IMG/VR virus record: IMGVR_UViG_3300009085_000027
Span: 9,935 to 73,934 of that record
DNA length: 64,000 nucleotides
Direction: 5' to 3' (one strand)
Origin: a virus
The notes beneath the pieces were generated by a model. The model had not been told where the DNA came from and did not search any database. It worked only from the letters and a program-made list of their open reading frames with translations. How positions within the stretch are numbered: position 1 is the stretch's first letter; each line of letters opens with the position of its first letter. Positions 19,438 through 29,149 of the stretch are shown piece after piece. The translations under genes were made by a program, and so were the position numbers.

Positions 19438-19484
19438 GCACCCCACCACGGGTCCCCGTAAAACCGTCGACCCAGCGGAGAGAC

Positions 19485-20993
19485 ATGCACCATATCGAAA
19501 TCCGACTGCTGACCACCATGCTGCATCGCGGTGACTTCGCACCACTCATACAGGGTGACATAGCCGCCGAACACTTCGAGTCCGATCTTGGTAAGATCCT
19601 CTTTGGATTCATATCAGGATACAGTCAGCAAACCGACAAGGTCGCTAGGTACCCATCTCTGGCGGTGGTTCGTAGTCGCTTCGATCATATCGAGCTTCCA
19701 GAACCAGACCCAGGTGACACTGTTGAGTCCTTGTTGCACGAGACGCTCCTCACCCGCACCAAGTCGGAGCTACGCAAGATAGCTACGGACCTGCAGTCCG
19801 TGGCACTGAGCTCGGACAACCCCAGGGACTCACTACCTGAGATCTTGGGCGCTCTGAAACGAATCTCGGACAAGGGACAGAGAAGCCGCCATCTGTCCCT
19901 GGCCGAAGCCTACCCCACCATCCTGGAGAACTACGCCACCGGAGAGATCCTTCCAGACGGTATTCCGTACCCCTGGGAGTCTTTGAACAAGGCCACGAAG
20001 GGAATGCACCGCAAGGAGTTCTACGTCTTCGCCGGGAGGCCTAAATCCAGGAAGACCTTCATCGCTTTGTGCATCGCGGTTCACGCGATGAAGAACAGCC
20101 ACGCCAGGATCTTGGTGTTCACCCCCGAGATGCCAAGAATGCAGGTGTTGCTCCGCGTAATCGCGTTCCTCAGCGAGGTTCACTACTTCGAGCTGAAGAA
20201 CGGGAAGCTGAGCGGCGCAGAGGAGATGATGCTCATCGAGCAGGCCAGGACCTACGCGATGATGTCGTCGGAGACCGAGAATGACTATCAGATCCGACTG
20301 AACCGAAGTCTCGGACTCCCCTCCGGAATCATACCCTCCATCGACGTGGTGGAGAGTACCGGACGCACCGTGTCATGGATGGAATCGCAGATCGAGATGT
20401 ATAGACCCGACATTGTCATCTGCGACTCCTTCTACCGCCAAGCACCCGAGGGCACCAGGAAAAGCGATGCAGACTGGAAGGCCGTCACCTACATCTCAAG
20501 AGCCCTAAAAGATCTTGCGATGTCGACGAATACGTGCATCCTTGGGACCCACCAGATGAACCGTGGGGCCGAGGGTCAGATCGGCACACTCTCCAACATG
20601 GCCCTGGCGGACGCCATCGGGCAGGACGCAGACGTCATCTACCGCGTCATCACACAGAACTCCCAGGGAGCGGGTAGGTCAGCACTCGTAATCCTGGGTG
20701 GTCGTGAGGTGTCCATTGATGGGGTCTTCATCAACAACGAGCCATGCTTCGATTTCACTGAGATTGGAGCGATCACGAATAAGGCCGCTATCGTGAAGTG
20801 GCTCGAAGAGGATGACAACGCCGCTGCTGAGGAGGCCGCCAAAGAACTCCTGCACCGACGCGGTGGGCCATCCGGGGGCAAGAAGGGGGCAGCGAAGAAG
20901 AAGGATGAGACGTACAGCAAGGCCTCGGGCAACGTCAATGCAAAGAAAGCTGAGCTGGGTAATGCACAGACCGCAATCGACAGCGCGACGTAG
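19485..20993 (+). CDS. dnaB: DnaB-like replicative helicase
   Basis: AGRPKSRKT, FTPEM, IVICDSFY, ISRALKDLA, HQMNR, DAIGQDADV; GGAG RBS before ATG 19485. Confidence 0.92.
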   Translation: MHHIEIRLLTTMLHRGDFAPLIQGDIAAEHFESDLGKILFGFISGYSQQTDKVARYPSLAVVRSRFDHIELPEPDPGDTVESLLHETLLTRTKSELRKIATDLQSVALSSDNPRDSLPEILGALKRISDKGQRSRHLSLAEAYPTILENYATGEILPDGIPYPWESLNKATKGMHRKEFYVFAGRPKSRKTFIALCIAVHAMKNSHARILVFTPEMPRMQVLLRVIAFLSEVHYFELKNGKLSGAEEMMLIEQARTYAMMSSETENDYQIRLNRSLGLPSGIIPSIDVVESTGRTVSWMESQIEMYRPDIVICDSFYRQAPEGTRKSDADWKAVTYISRALKDLAMSTNTCILGTHQMNRGAEGQIGTLSNMALADAIGQDADVIYRVITQNSQGAGRSALVILGGREVSIDGVFINNEPCFDFTEIGAITNKAAIVKWLEEDDNAAAEEAAKELLHRRGGPSGGKKGAAKKKDETYSKASGNVNAKKAELGNAQTAIDSAT

Positions 20994-20995
20994 TC

Positions 20996-22093
20996 ATGTC
21001 CAGAGACATAGCTGATACGATCTTTGAGCTTTCACCCGGTCTACGTGACGGGGCGAAGGTCGCATCGAACCACATCATGATCCGATGCCCGTTCCACAAC
21101 ATGGGACAGGAGCGGACACCCTCAATGTCGGTGAGCACGGAGAAGCCCGTGTTCAACTGCTTTGGCTGCGGAGAGTCCGGGCACGTATCCAGGCTCCTCC
21201 GCCATTTCGGGGCTGGCAAAGAGTCCATCGACGCCATCCTGACGTCAGCAGGTCTCAACAACCCTGGAGTGGTCAAGACCGGTGGCAGGGTCGCGGCGAC
21301 GTACATCGCCAACGTCAACCCCTTCCGCGGTGAGTTCGTCCTCGACGAAGAGATCCTTGACGAGTATCGAATGGCCCCTGGCGTGCTCCTATCCGCGGGG
21401 TTCACCAAGGACACGCTGAGGCACTTCGAGGTCGGGTTCGATCGAGCCAATCTGAGGATCACGTTCCCACTGAGGAACATCTTTGGGGAGCTCGTCGGTA
21501 TCTCCGGCCGTGCAGTCCTCGACGTGGAACCGAAGTACAAGATCTATGTGACGGAGCTGATACGACGCAGGGACATGCACGTACCAGAGACCTACACCAT
21601 GGAGTCGGTGAAAAAGGCGTTGCTCTGGCACGCCCATGTAGTGCGACCTTTCTTGCTCAGCACCGATGAGCCTCTGGTGGTTACCGAGGGGTTCAAGGCT
21701 TGTATGTGGGTCTGGCAAACATCCTATCAGGCTGTGTCCGCCCTCATCGGTGCGTACCTCACAGATCTGCACGCAGAACTAATCGCAACATCAGTACGGC
21801 AGGTGATCCTCTTCCTCGACAACAACGGTGCCGGTATCCGTGGGACGTACCACGCCGGCAACCGACTTACGAAGGTCGGTGTAGAGGTTCGTGTCGCGTC
21901 GTATCCCGATGACAGGGAGCAGCCCGACAACCTAAAGCCCGAAGAAGTACAACTCGCAATCGAAAACGCTGAAAACTATCTGACCTGGAGAGAACGAAAT
22001 GGGAAACGATTCATACATGAAGATGCGCTCCGGAGCGCTGGGCGGGGACATCGAAGGGCAGTTCAAGAAGCGGGCAGCAAACGTCGGTGGTAG
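20996..22093 (+). CDS. dnaG: DnaG-like primase (CHC2 Zn finger + TOPRIM)
   Basis: CPFH...ERTPS...FNCFGCG, RITFPLRN..GELVGISGR, PKY, VTEG, LFLDNN. Confidence 0.92.
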   Translation: MSRDIADTIFELSPGLRDGAKVASNHIMIRCPFHNMGQERTPSMSVSTEKPVFNCFGCGESGHVSRLLRHFGAGKESIDAILTSAGLNNPGVVKTGGRVAATYIANVNPFRGEFVLDEEILDEYRMAPGVLLSAGFTKDTLRHFEVGFDRANLRITFPLRNIFGELVGISGRAVLDVEPKYKIYVTELIRRRDMHVPETYTMESVKKALLWHAHVVRPFLLSTDEPLVVTEGFKACMWVWQTSYQAVSALIGAYLTDLHAELIATSVRQVILFLDNNGAGIRGTYHAGNRLTKVGVEVRVASYPDDREQPDNLKPEEVQLAIENAENYLTWRERNGKRFIHEDALRSAGRGHRRAVQEAGSKRRW

Positions 22094-23174
22094 GGGCGGC
22101 CCACAACGGCAGATCCCGGAAGGCACCTTCGAGAGCTTCTACCCGTCTGAGACTCCGTGCTGGGTCCACATCTCTCCGACCAACTTCACGTACGATATTT
22201 ACGACCGTGACAGCAAAGAGGTCGTAGAGGCCACCACGACCTGGCTCGAGACTATGGGTCACTACGTGCCGAAGAAGAAGCAGACCCTGGCCTGTTCCTC
22301 CGGGGCTCACATGGACAAGCCCTGCTATGGCTGCGCGGTGCAGCGGGCACACTACGAACGCATGGACCGAATCCAAGAGCAGAAGGGATTCCGCCCAGAG
22401 GACAAGCCCCCAATCGGCAAGGGTTCGCGCTTCTCCTTCGCCGTCACGGTGATGGAGAAGTTCTACACCACCCCCGTCCTGGACAAGGACGGGAACCACC
22501 GCAAGACCCGGGCCGGTGCTCCGATCATGCGCCACACCCCGGCTCCACTCGTCAAAGAGAAGGACCGCACTGGCCCCACGGAGTTCGGTCGCCGCATGCA
22601 CTGGACCATGGGCATGGAGAATCTCACCCAGCTGATTTCCGCAGCAGGACCCAAGCTGAAGCACCACTGCATGAACTGTGCAGATGAGATGTGTGCTGCG
22701 GCTCTGACCTGCCCGAACTGTGAATCCGTGGTCAAGCTCCCCGAGGTTATCAGCGGAGAAGATCTCAGAATCGCTGTCTCCAACGAGCGGACCTGCTCAA
22801 CATGTAAGGAGTCCTCGATCTTCGTCCCCAAGTACATGTGCGAGTGTGGCAAACCCAAGTCTGGTGGGAGCCTTCTAGGCTTCGACCTGCGAATCAAGAA
22901 GACCCCGGTCGGTGAGAAGTCCAGCATCATCGAGATCGTGGGTGTTCGGATGCCGACCCACCTGAACAAAGCCAACCCCCAGGATGTCAGGGACCGGCTC
23001 ACCAGCATGGTCATGGAGCCCCTCAATCTGCTGGAGATTTTCTCTCCAGCATCTCTGGCTATGCAGAAGGCTTGGATCGGAGACGACATCCTCCAGGGGA
23101 TCAGTCCTGAGCCACGCAAGACCAAGGCTACCGAAACGGAGTCGTACTCCGACTCTGTCAACTACAACGAGTAA
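21999..23174 (+). CDS. putative ssDNA-binding protein with multiple Zn ribbons
   Basis: Between primase and polymerase; H..C..CxxC plus CMNC/CPNC/CSTC/CEC; short acidic C-terminus. Function inferred from context. Confidence 0.55.
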   Translation: MGNDSYMKMRSGALGGDIEGQFKKRAANVGGRGGPQRQIPEGTFESFYPSETPCWVHISPTNFTYDIYDRDSKEVVEATTTWLETMGHYVPKKKQTLACSSGAHMDKPCYGCAVQRAHYERMDRIQEQKGFRPEDKPPIGKGSRFSFAVTVMEKFYTTPVLDKDGNHRKTRAGAPIMRHTPAPLVKEKDRTGPTEFGRRMHWTMGMENLTQLISAAGPKLKHHCMNCADEMCAAALTCPNCESVVKLPEVISGEDLRIAVSNERTCSTCKESSIFVPKYMCECGKPKSGGSLLGFDLRIKKTPVGEKSSIIEIVGVRMPTHLNKANPQDVRDRLTSMVMEPLNLLEIFSPASLAMQKAWIGDDILQGISPEPRKTKATETESYSDSVNYNE

Positions 23175-23177
23175 CAC

Positions 23178-25184
23178 ATGCCGCGACTCCGACTGCTTCC
23201 GCCGGTAACGGCGGTGACTCAGCCGGAAGAGGCCACCCCGGTCATCGAGTACTTGATGAACCGGGGTGGTCAGATCGCAATCGATACAGAGACCACGGGA
23301 CTTCACCGCACGAAGTCCCGTGTTCTCTTTTGGTCCATGGCCACAGAGGACAAACGTTTCTTCCTCTCGGTCGATCGACTCAATCAGTTCGATTGCCTCT
23401 TCCAGCGAAAAGACATCAGATGGCTCCTGACGAACGCCAAGTTCGACAAGCACATGTTGAAGAACATGGGCTACGACCTCAGAGGTGAGGCCTGGGACAT
23501 CATCGACATGGATGCCATGGACGATGACACACGCCCCCACGGGTTGAAGGAGCAGTCCAAGTACGCCTACGGCGCCAACTGGGGTGAGTTCAAGGATCTG
23601 TTCCTGGATCCCTACATGGTCTCTGAGGTCATGGGGATGGACGCTCTCATGCTGTCCGGATTCAAGAAGCTGGGGATCGGGGACAAGCTCCTGGAGGTCT
23701 ACGACCAGTGCCCGGAGATTGTGGAGGAGTACGCCAGCTGCGACGCCTTCTTCACGTACATGCGCGCTGCGGACCTGATGAAGCAGCTCGACTCACTGTA
23801 CTTGCCCACGGAGTACTTCCCCGAGCTACGCACCCTCCTCGACTACTACCGCATCATTGAGATGCCGCTGACCCAGACGCTGTGGAAGATGGAGCGTGTG
23901 GGGATCAATGTTGATGTCGACTACGTCAAGAAGATCGATGGCCCCATGCGAGACGGTATCCGGGCTGCTGAGAGCCGGGTACACGACGCAGCTGGCAAGA
24001 AGTTCAACGTCCGGTCCACCGATGAACTCAGGGGAATCTTGTTCGGTGAGAAGTCTGGATTCGGGTTCAGGCCTGTGTCCTACACCACGGGCAAGGGCAA
24101 GCCCGTTGCGAGTACGGATGAGAGCACACTGAGCATCTTGATGATGCGGACCCCAAAGGACTCTCCAGCGGGTAAGTTCCTCAAGGCGCTCGTCGATCAC
24201 CGACATCTTGCCCAGCTGCACAGCACATACATCAAGAAGCTGCTCGGTCGTCTGGACGAGCACGACACCAGTCTGAGATGCAAGTTCAACCAGTCGGTGG
24301 CCCGCACCGGCCGGTTGAGTTCATCAGACCCCAACATGCAAAACATCCCAGCCCGTAATGACCCCTACAAGATCCGTGGGGCTTTTACGGCGCGCAACGG
24401 CAAGGAACTCATCGACTACGACTACCCCCAGATTGAGTTCCGCATCGCTGCGGTCTTGTCCGGGGAAGAAGGCATGATGGAGTCCATCCGTAAGGGATGG
24501 GACGTACACAACGCCAACACCGTTAGGATGTACAAGTCCGACTCTGACGTCACCTACGAAGCCGTAGTTGAATCCCGAAGGAAGAAGGACGCCAAAGAGT
24601 CACTGACTGAGATAGATCGCAAGCTACTGCGGTTCCGAGACGGCGCCAAGACATCTGGTCTGGGATGTCTCTACGGTGAAGGTTCCGGAAAGATGGCTCA
24701 CGACCTGGGCTGTAGCAAAGACGAGGCCCAGGAGCTGATCAACACCTTCTTCACCGCGAATAAGATGATCCATGCGTCGATTCAATCGATGCACAGCTTC
24801 GCCCACGAGACAGAGATGACCTACACCATGCTAGGTCGTATCCGTCGCCTCCACCGCATCAACTCCAGCCTTGGAGGTTTGGTCGCGGAGGAACGTAGAC
24901 AGTCCTACAACACCCTGATCCAAGGCAGCGGCGCAGAGATGCTGAAACTGGCCATGCTTCAGATCGATAATGACCCCGACTTCCAAGCCCTTGGTGGTCG
25001 ACTTCTACTCACAGTGCATGACGAGCTCGTCGCTGAAGCCCCAAAGGACACAGCAGCAGAAGTCAGTCGCATCATGAAAGCCAAGATGAGCGATCCCTAC
25101 AACTGGGGGCCAATCGTAATGACGTACCCCGTACCCGTAGATCCCGAAGGGGCGCGGGGCCACCGATGGAGCGATCTCAAGTGA
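23178..25184 (+). CDS. polA: family A DNA polymerase with 3'-5' exonuclease
   Basis: DTETTGL, NAKFD, YASCD, RTGRLSSSDPNMQNIP, DYPQIEFR, RDGAKTSGLGCLYG, NTLIQGSGAE, VHDE. Confidence 0.97.
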   Translation: MPRLRLLPPVTAVTQPEEATPVIEYLMNRGGQIAIDTETTGLHRTKSRVLFWSMATEDKRFFLSVDRLNQFDCLFQRKDIRWLLTNAKFDKHMLKNMGYDLRGEAWDIIDMDAMDDDTRPHGLKEQSKYAYGANWGEFKDLFLDPYMVSEVMGMDALMLSGFKKLGIGDKLLEVYDQCPEIVEEYASCDAFFTYMRAADLMKQLDSLYLPTEYFPELRTLLDYYRIIEMPLTQTLWKMERVGINVDVDYVKKIDGPMRDGIRAAESRVHDAAGKKFNVRSTDELRGILFGEKSGFGFRPVSYTTGKGKPVASTDESTLSILMMRTPKDSPAGKFLKALVDHRHLAQLHSTYIKKLLGRLDEHDTSLRCKFNQSVARTGRLSSSDPNMQNIPARNDPYKIRGAFTARNGKELIDYDYPQIEFRIAAVLSGEEGMMESIRKGWDVHNANTVRMYKSDSDVTYEAVVESRRKKDAKESLTEIDRKLLRFRDGAKTSGLGCLYGEGSGKMAHDLGCSKDEAQELINTFFTANKMIHASIQSMHSFAHETEMTYTMLGRIRRLHRINSSLGGLVAEERRQSYNTLIQGSGAEMLKLAMLQIDNDPDFQALGGRLLLTVHDELVAEAPKDTAAEVSRIMKAKMSDPYNWGPIVMTYPVPVDPEGARGHRWSDLK

Positions 25185-26458
25185 AGAAGAAAACCAAGGC
25201 TGTGAAGTCGAAACCGGCGAAGACGAAAGCCGTGAAGACCGTGGAATCCAAACCCACGACTAGAGAACCCTCGGGTGGGGAGGACAGGGCTGGTGTACTC
25301 GGTAACCTGATCCGAGGGATCAATGCCAAGTACAAGGCCACTGTCATCTCCCTAGCCAAGGACACCAGCTCCTCGTACATCCTGCGTAGACCAACGGGGA
25401 TCACGAGTCTGGACATCAAGCTAGGGGGTGGATTCCCGGCCAGCGCGGTGAGCGTCATTGTTGGACCCGACGGGGCTGGCAAGGACTACATCGTGTGGAG
25501 AACTGCGGCCGAGGTCCAAAAGATCTATGGTGAGTCCTTTCGCATGGCGATCTTGCTGACAGAGTTCAAGCTCGACAAGCCCTTCATGCGAGACATCTGT
25601 GGCTTGAAAGTGGCACTGACACCGTCCGAGATCGAAGAGCTCGATGAGTCCAGGACGAGGCTCGGTGTTGACATCCTTACGGATGAGGAGCGCGAGAGTC
25701 TCACCACGGAGATTGGCGAGATCGGGATCATTGAGGGTCAGACCGCGGAGGACGGGTTCGACATCCTCATCGACATCGTGGAGAAGAATGTCTGCCAACT
25801 CGTGGTGGTCAACTCCATCGGGTTCATGCAGACCGCAGCGAAGGAAGCCACGGATAGCTTCAACGAGTTCCCGCAGCAACGGAACGAGGCAATGCTTCTC
25901 ACCAAGGTCATGCCGAAGCTCAGCATGATCCTGAACCGATCCAGTCATGTCGGGGAGAGGAACGAGACAGCCATCATCCTCATCAACCAGATGAGGGCTA
26001 AGACAGGCGGTGCCCCAGTACGTGGCCGCCCAGTGATGGAACGCGACACCTATCAACCCGGTTCAGGCGCCTGGGCCCTGAAGCATGGCAAAGCCCTCGA
26101 GCTCTGCATCCACAAGGGGAAGAAGCACACCGATGTGGAGACCAACGTCGTAATGGGCCGAGAAGTTCCATGGCAGATAACGAAGGGAAAGCTGGGTACT
26201 CATGACGGTCTCAGCGGCAGCTTCGACTTCTTCTACGACGGGGGTGTCGACATCATCGGGGACCTCTACAACACCGCGGTGTCTGCAGGGCTGTTCGTAG
26301 TGGGTGGTGCCTGGATCACATATGAGCACCCCGAGTTTGGGTTCAAGGCTCAGGGAAAGGCCGGGGCCAGGCGCCGGATGATAGAGAGCCCTGAGCTCTG
26401 CGCCCACATCCGTGACGCCTGTTTCCGGGCGGCGCAGACCGTGTACCGGCACAAGTGA
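25181..26458 (+). CDS. recA: RecA/UvsX-like recombinase with atypical Walker motifs
   Basis: PTGITSLDIKLGGGFP, GPDGAGKD, QTAEDGFDI, IILINQMR, GAWALKH, GGAWITY, KAQGK. Confidence 0.9.
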   Translation: MKKKTKAVKSKPAKTKAVKTVESKPTTREPSGGEDRAGVLGNLIRGINAKYKATVISLAKDTSSSYILRRPTGITSLDIKLGGGFPASAVSVIVGPDGAGKDYIVWRTAAEVQKIYGESFRMAILLTEFKLDKPFMRDICGLKVALTPSEIEELDESRTRLGVDILTDEERESLTTEIGEIGIIEGQTAEDGFDILIDIVEKNVCQLVVVNSIGFMQTAAKEATDSFNEFPQQRNEAMLLTKVMPKLSMILNRSSHVGERNETAIILINQMRAKTGGAPVRGRPVMERDTYQPGSGAWALKHGKALELCIHKGKKHTDVETNVVMGREVPWQITKGKLGTHDGLSGSFDFFYDGGVDIIGDLYNTAVSAGLFVVGGAWITYEHPEFGFKAQGKAGARRRMIESPELCAHIRDACFRAAQTVYRHK

Positions 26459-27015
26459 AGACCACGAAGCAGCGTAAACGCCGGTCCCGCCGTGTGGAGA
26501 AGACAATCGCCCAAGACCTGGGTGGTCGTCTGACCTTCAACAGTGGGGCCGGCGACGAGAAGGCGGACTGCAGGGTGCCACATCGCTATAAGGGGTCGGC
26601 CCAAGGCGTTGTGGAAGCCACTGCCATCGCTATCCGGGTGGAGAGCAAGACCACGGAGAAGTCGAAGTACACCATGATGGCTAGGGACTGGGCGGACCTC
26701 TGGAGGTCAGCTTCCCTTCAAGGTGAGATCCCTGTCTTCCACATCCAACTCGATACACACCGCGACCCCTTGGACCTTGCCTTCGTGACGTCAGCCCTCA
26801 TGGCGGAGTTCACCGAGGACATAGCCCCCAGTGATGGGAGCTCAAGGGCCATAGTCATCAACCGGGAACGCGGCGAATCCCTGATCCCGAGCCAGACCGT
26901 AAAGATCCCCCACCACAGGTTTGATCTGGTCGGTGATGGAGGCCGACACTACAGTGTTTGTCTCTGTCTCTACAGTGTCCTGAGATCACACCTCCACAAC
27001 CTGGGTCTACCATGA
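26455..27015 (+). CDS. PD-(D/E)XK nuclease, Holliday-junction resolvase-like
   Basis: EKTIAQDLGG..NSGAG..KAD..VESKTT. Confidence 0.75.
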   Translation: MKTTKQRKRRSRRVEKTIAQDLGGRLTFNSGAGDEKADCRVPHRYKGSAQGVVEATAIAIRVESKTTEKSKYTMMARDWADLWRSASLQGEIPVFHIQLDTHRDPLDLAFVTSALMAEFTEDIAPSDGSSRAIVINRERGESLIPSQTVKIPHHRFDLVGDGGRHYSVCLCLYSVLRSHLHNLGLP

Positions 27016-27845
27016 AGAGTGCAACGAGCATCAAGCACATCGCCGACCTCGGGAAGGAAGACGCCGTAGACCTGGAGAGCCTCTACGTCGAGACGCTGGC
27101 GGAGGAAGTGAAGAGTGACCGACAGGGTGTGTTCCACCCCAGCGCGATTGGGATGTGTGGTAGGCGCAACGTCTACGAGTACATCCGGGCCCCCTACATC
27201 AAGACCATCGACCCCGACAGTCTTGAGGTGTTCGCCATGGGGCACGCCGTACACGACATCATCCAGACCCGGCTGGAGAATCTCACCGCCCCGGCTCGGC
27301 ACGGGATCACGTACAGCTTCAGGAAAGAGGTCGGATTCGACCCCAAGACTGACAAGCTCTTCCTCAACTACGGGATCGGTGGAACCACCGACGGCATCCT
27401 GACCTTCTCCGGGCCAGGATGGGAGCAGCGCGGAATCCTCGAGGCCAAGTCGATCAAGGACAAGCTCTTCTCCGAACTCACCGGACCAAAAGATGACCAC
27501 CTCATGCAGGCGCATCTCTACGCCTACAGGTTCGACTGCCCCTTCATCTGGGTCTGGTACTACAACAAGAACACGTCGGAGCGTCTGATCTACGCCAGGG
27601 TATTCGATCCTGAGATCTTACACGCCGCCCTGGACCGGTACGTCGGTTGGATGGGTCACATCAAGGACGGAACGCTGCCAGATCGGGAAGAGAGTTGGTA
27701 CATGTGCCCGAGGTGTGAGTACCGAGACATCTGCAAGCCCCCGACATTGGATGCCATCAAGGGCAAGGCCGCTGGGCGAGCCAAAGCCAAGACCATGAAC
27801 ACACTGCGCAAGACCGGTATGAGGAGGCTCGTATGCCTAGATTGA
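27012..27845 (+). CDS. Cas4/RecB-like PD-(D/E)XK exonuclease
   Basis: HPSAIGMCGR, GHAVH, GTTDG, LEAKS, QAHLY, CPRCEYRDIC. Confidence 0.88.
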   Translation: MKSATSIKHIADLGKEDAVDLESLYVETLAEEVKSDRQGVFHPSAIGMCGRRNVYEYIRAPYIKTIDPDSLEVFAMGHAVHDIIQTRLENLTAPARHGITYSFRKEVGFDPKTDKLFLNYGIGGTTDGILTFSGPGWEQRGILEAKSIKDKLFSELTGPKDDHLMQAHLYAYRFDCPFIWVWYYNKNTSERLIYARVFDPEILHAALDRYVGWMGHIKDGTLPDREESWYMCPRCEYRDICKPPTLDAIKGKAAGRAKAKTMNTLRKTGMRRLVCLD

Positions 27846-28474
27846 ACCTAAGTGGGGTCCCGATACTTGAGGCCGGTATAGACCGGGACATCAAGATCAC
27901 AGCCGAGTCCATCATCGATGACGTCAGGAAGCAGACCAGGGCTCTTGGGCTCTTGCCCTACCCAAAGCCTGACACTGCTCCCGACACCTTGGTTGGGATC
28001 GAACTGGAGAGCTTGCCGAATCATGCCCTGGGTCAGCTCTACATCCGGTACACCGCCCATGCCCAGTACGTCGGTGGGCAGCTCGCTGAGTTGGAGGCGG
28101 CGTATCGCCTGGCCTGCACCAACTTGAAGCACATCGATGCCAAGTTGAGGTCCAAGCTCTTCGCCAGTGCTGTGCCCAAGGCAGAGGTGGCGTCACGGGC
28201 AAAGGACGACGCCTTGTACCAAGAGTTCGATACCGAGGTGGTTCGTCTGTTCGCGATGAAGACCTTGGTCACGGCACACTACAGGGCCTACGACAAGCAG
28301 GCTGCGGCTCTGAGCCGCATCATCTCGCTGCGTGAGCTGGAGTTCGAGCAGAACCTTCGGGGGTCGAACATCGATGCGGCAAAGAACAGGCGTGGTAAGG
28401 GCAAGGCCACACGCCCCAGGATGGACATCGACGGTAGCCCCTTGGAGTTCCGCCGGCGAGAGGGGGAAGACTGA
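27833..28474 (+). CDS. helical protein, possibly UvsY-like recombination mediator
   Basis: Long amphipathic helices, near recA; the functional call is weak. Confidence 0.5.
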   Translation: MPRLNLSGVPILEAGIDRDIKITAESIIDDVRKQTRALGLLPYPKPDTAPDTLVGIELESLPNHALGQLYIRYTAHAQYVGGQLAELEAAYRLACTNLKHIDAKLRSKLFASAVPKAEVASRAKDDALYQEFDTEVVRLFAMKTLVTAHYRAYDKQAAALSRIISLRELEFEQNLRGSNIDAAKNRRGKGKATRPRMDIDGSPLEFRRREGED

Positions 28475-28980
28475 TGACCCCGCTCTTCTCCTTCACCGCC
28501 GAGTTGTCGGACCCCGCACCGATTAGTGTCAACGAGATGTACTCCACCGGTAATGGCGGCAGGCGGTTTCTGACCTCCGCGGGTCGCCACTACAAGGACC
28601 GAATGAAAGAGGTCGTGTCAGAAGCCACGATGTCTTTGAGATGGAAAGACGCCGTCGATGCTGTCTATAAGGGTGGGGCCTGGGTTTCTCTGTCCGTAGT
28701 CCTGGAGGTAGATCGACTCGCAAACGGGTCGTGGAAGCCGGGTGGTGGCAAGACCACCTCCGGAGATCTCCGAAGTCCGTATCGAAAGATGGACGGGTCA
28801 AACTACATCAAGATCGTTGAAGACGCCGTCGTCTTGGGCACAGGGATTGACGACTCTGCTCATCTCGATGTTCGGGTCCGTAAGACCCAAGCCACGGGAA
28901 AGCCCCGAGTCGTTGTGGAGTACAAAATCTATGGGACGAGCCACGGAACTGGTCAGCCTGAACAAGGACAAATCGGATAA
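28474..28980 (+). CDS. rusA: RusA-like endodeoxyribonuclease
   Basis: PISVNEMY, GRHYK, DGSNYIKIVEDA..GIDDS. Confidence 0.8.
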   Translation: MTPLFSFTAELSDPAPISVNEMYSTGNGGRRFLTSAGRHYKDRMKEVVSEATMSLRWKDAVDAVYKGGAWVSLSVVLEVDRLANGSWKPGGGKTTSGDLRSPYRKMDGSNYIKIVEDAVVLGTGIDDSAHLDVRVRKTQATGKPRVVVEYKIYGTSHGTGQPEQGQIG

Positions 28981-29149
28981 CCCGAACTACGCGGTGTGCT
29001 ACGCCCGAGGCGCTGTGTTCAAAACCGAAGGCCACTTCTTTAGGGTGGAAAAGGGTCGCCGTAATCTGGTAAAGCGCGAGCTCTGCGCATCCCAGTACTA
29101 CGGGGCGCGGTGCAGGATCTGTCCCAATCGCGTAGAGGCCCCGTGTTGA
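28931..29149 (+). CDS. small Cys-rich hypothetical protein (72 aa)
   Basis: ATG 28931 after GGAG; C...C...CRICP. Confidence 0.55.
   Translation: MGRATELVSLNKDKSDNPNYAVCYARGAVFKTEGHFFRVEKGRRNLVKRELCASQYYGARCRICPNRVEAPC

Noticed and set aside
27012-27845. CRISPR-Cas system suggested by the Cas4-like gene
   Set aside because: No repeat-spacer array or other cas genes seen; solo Cas4-like nucleases are common in phage replication modules
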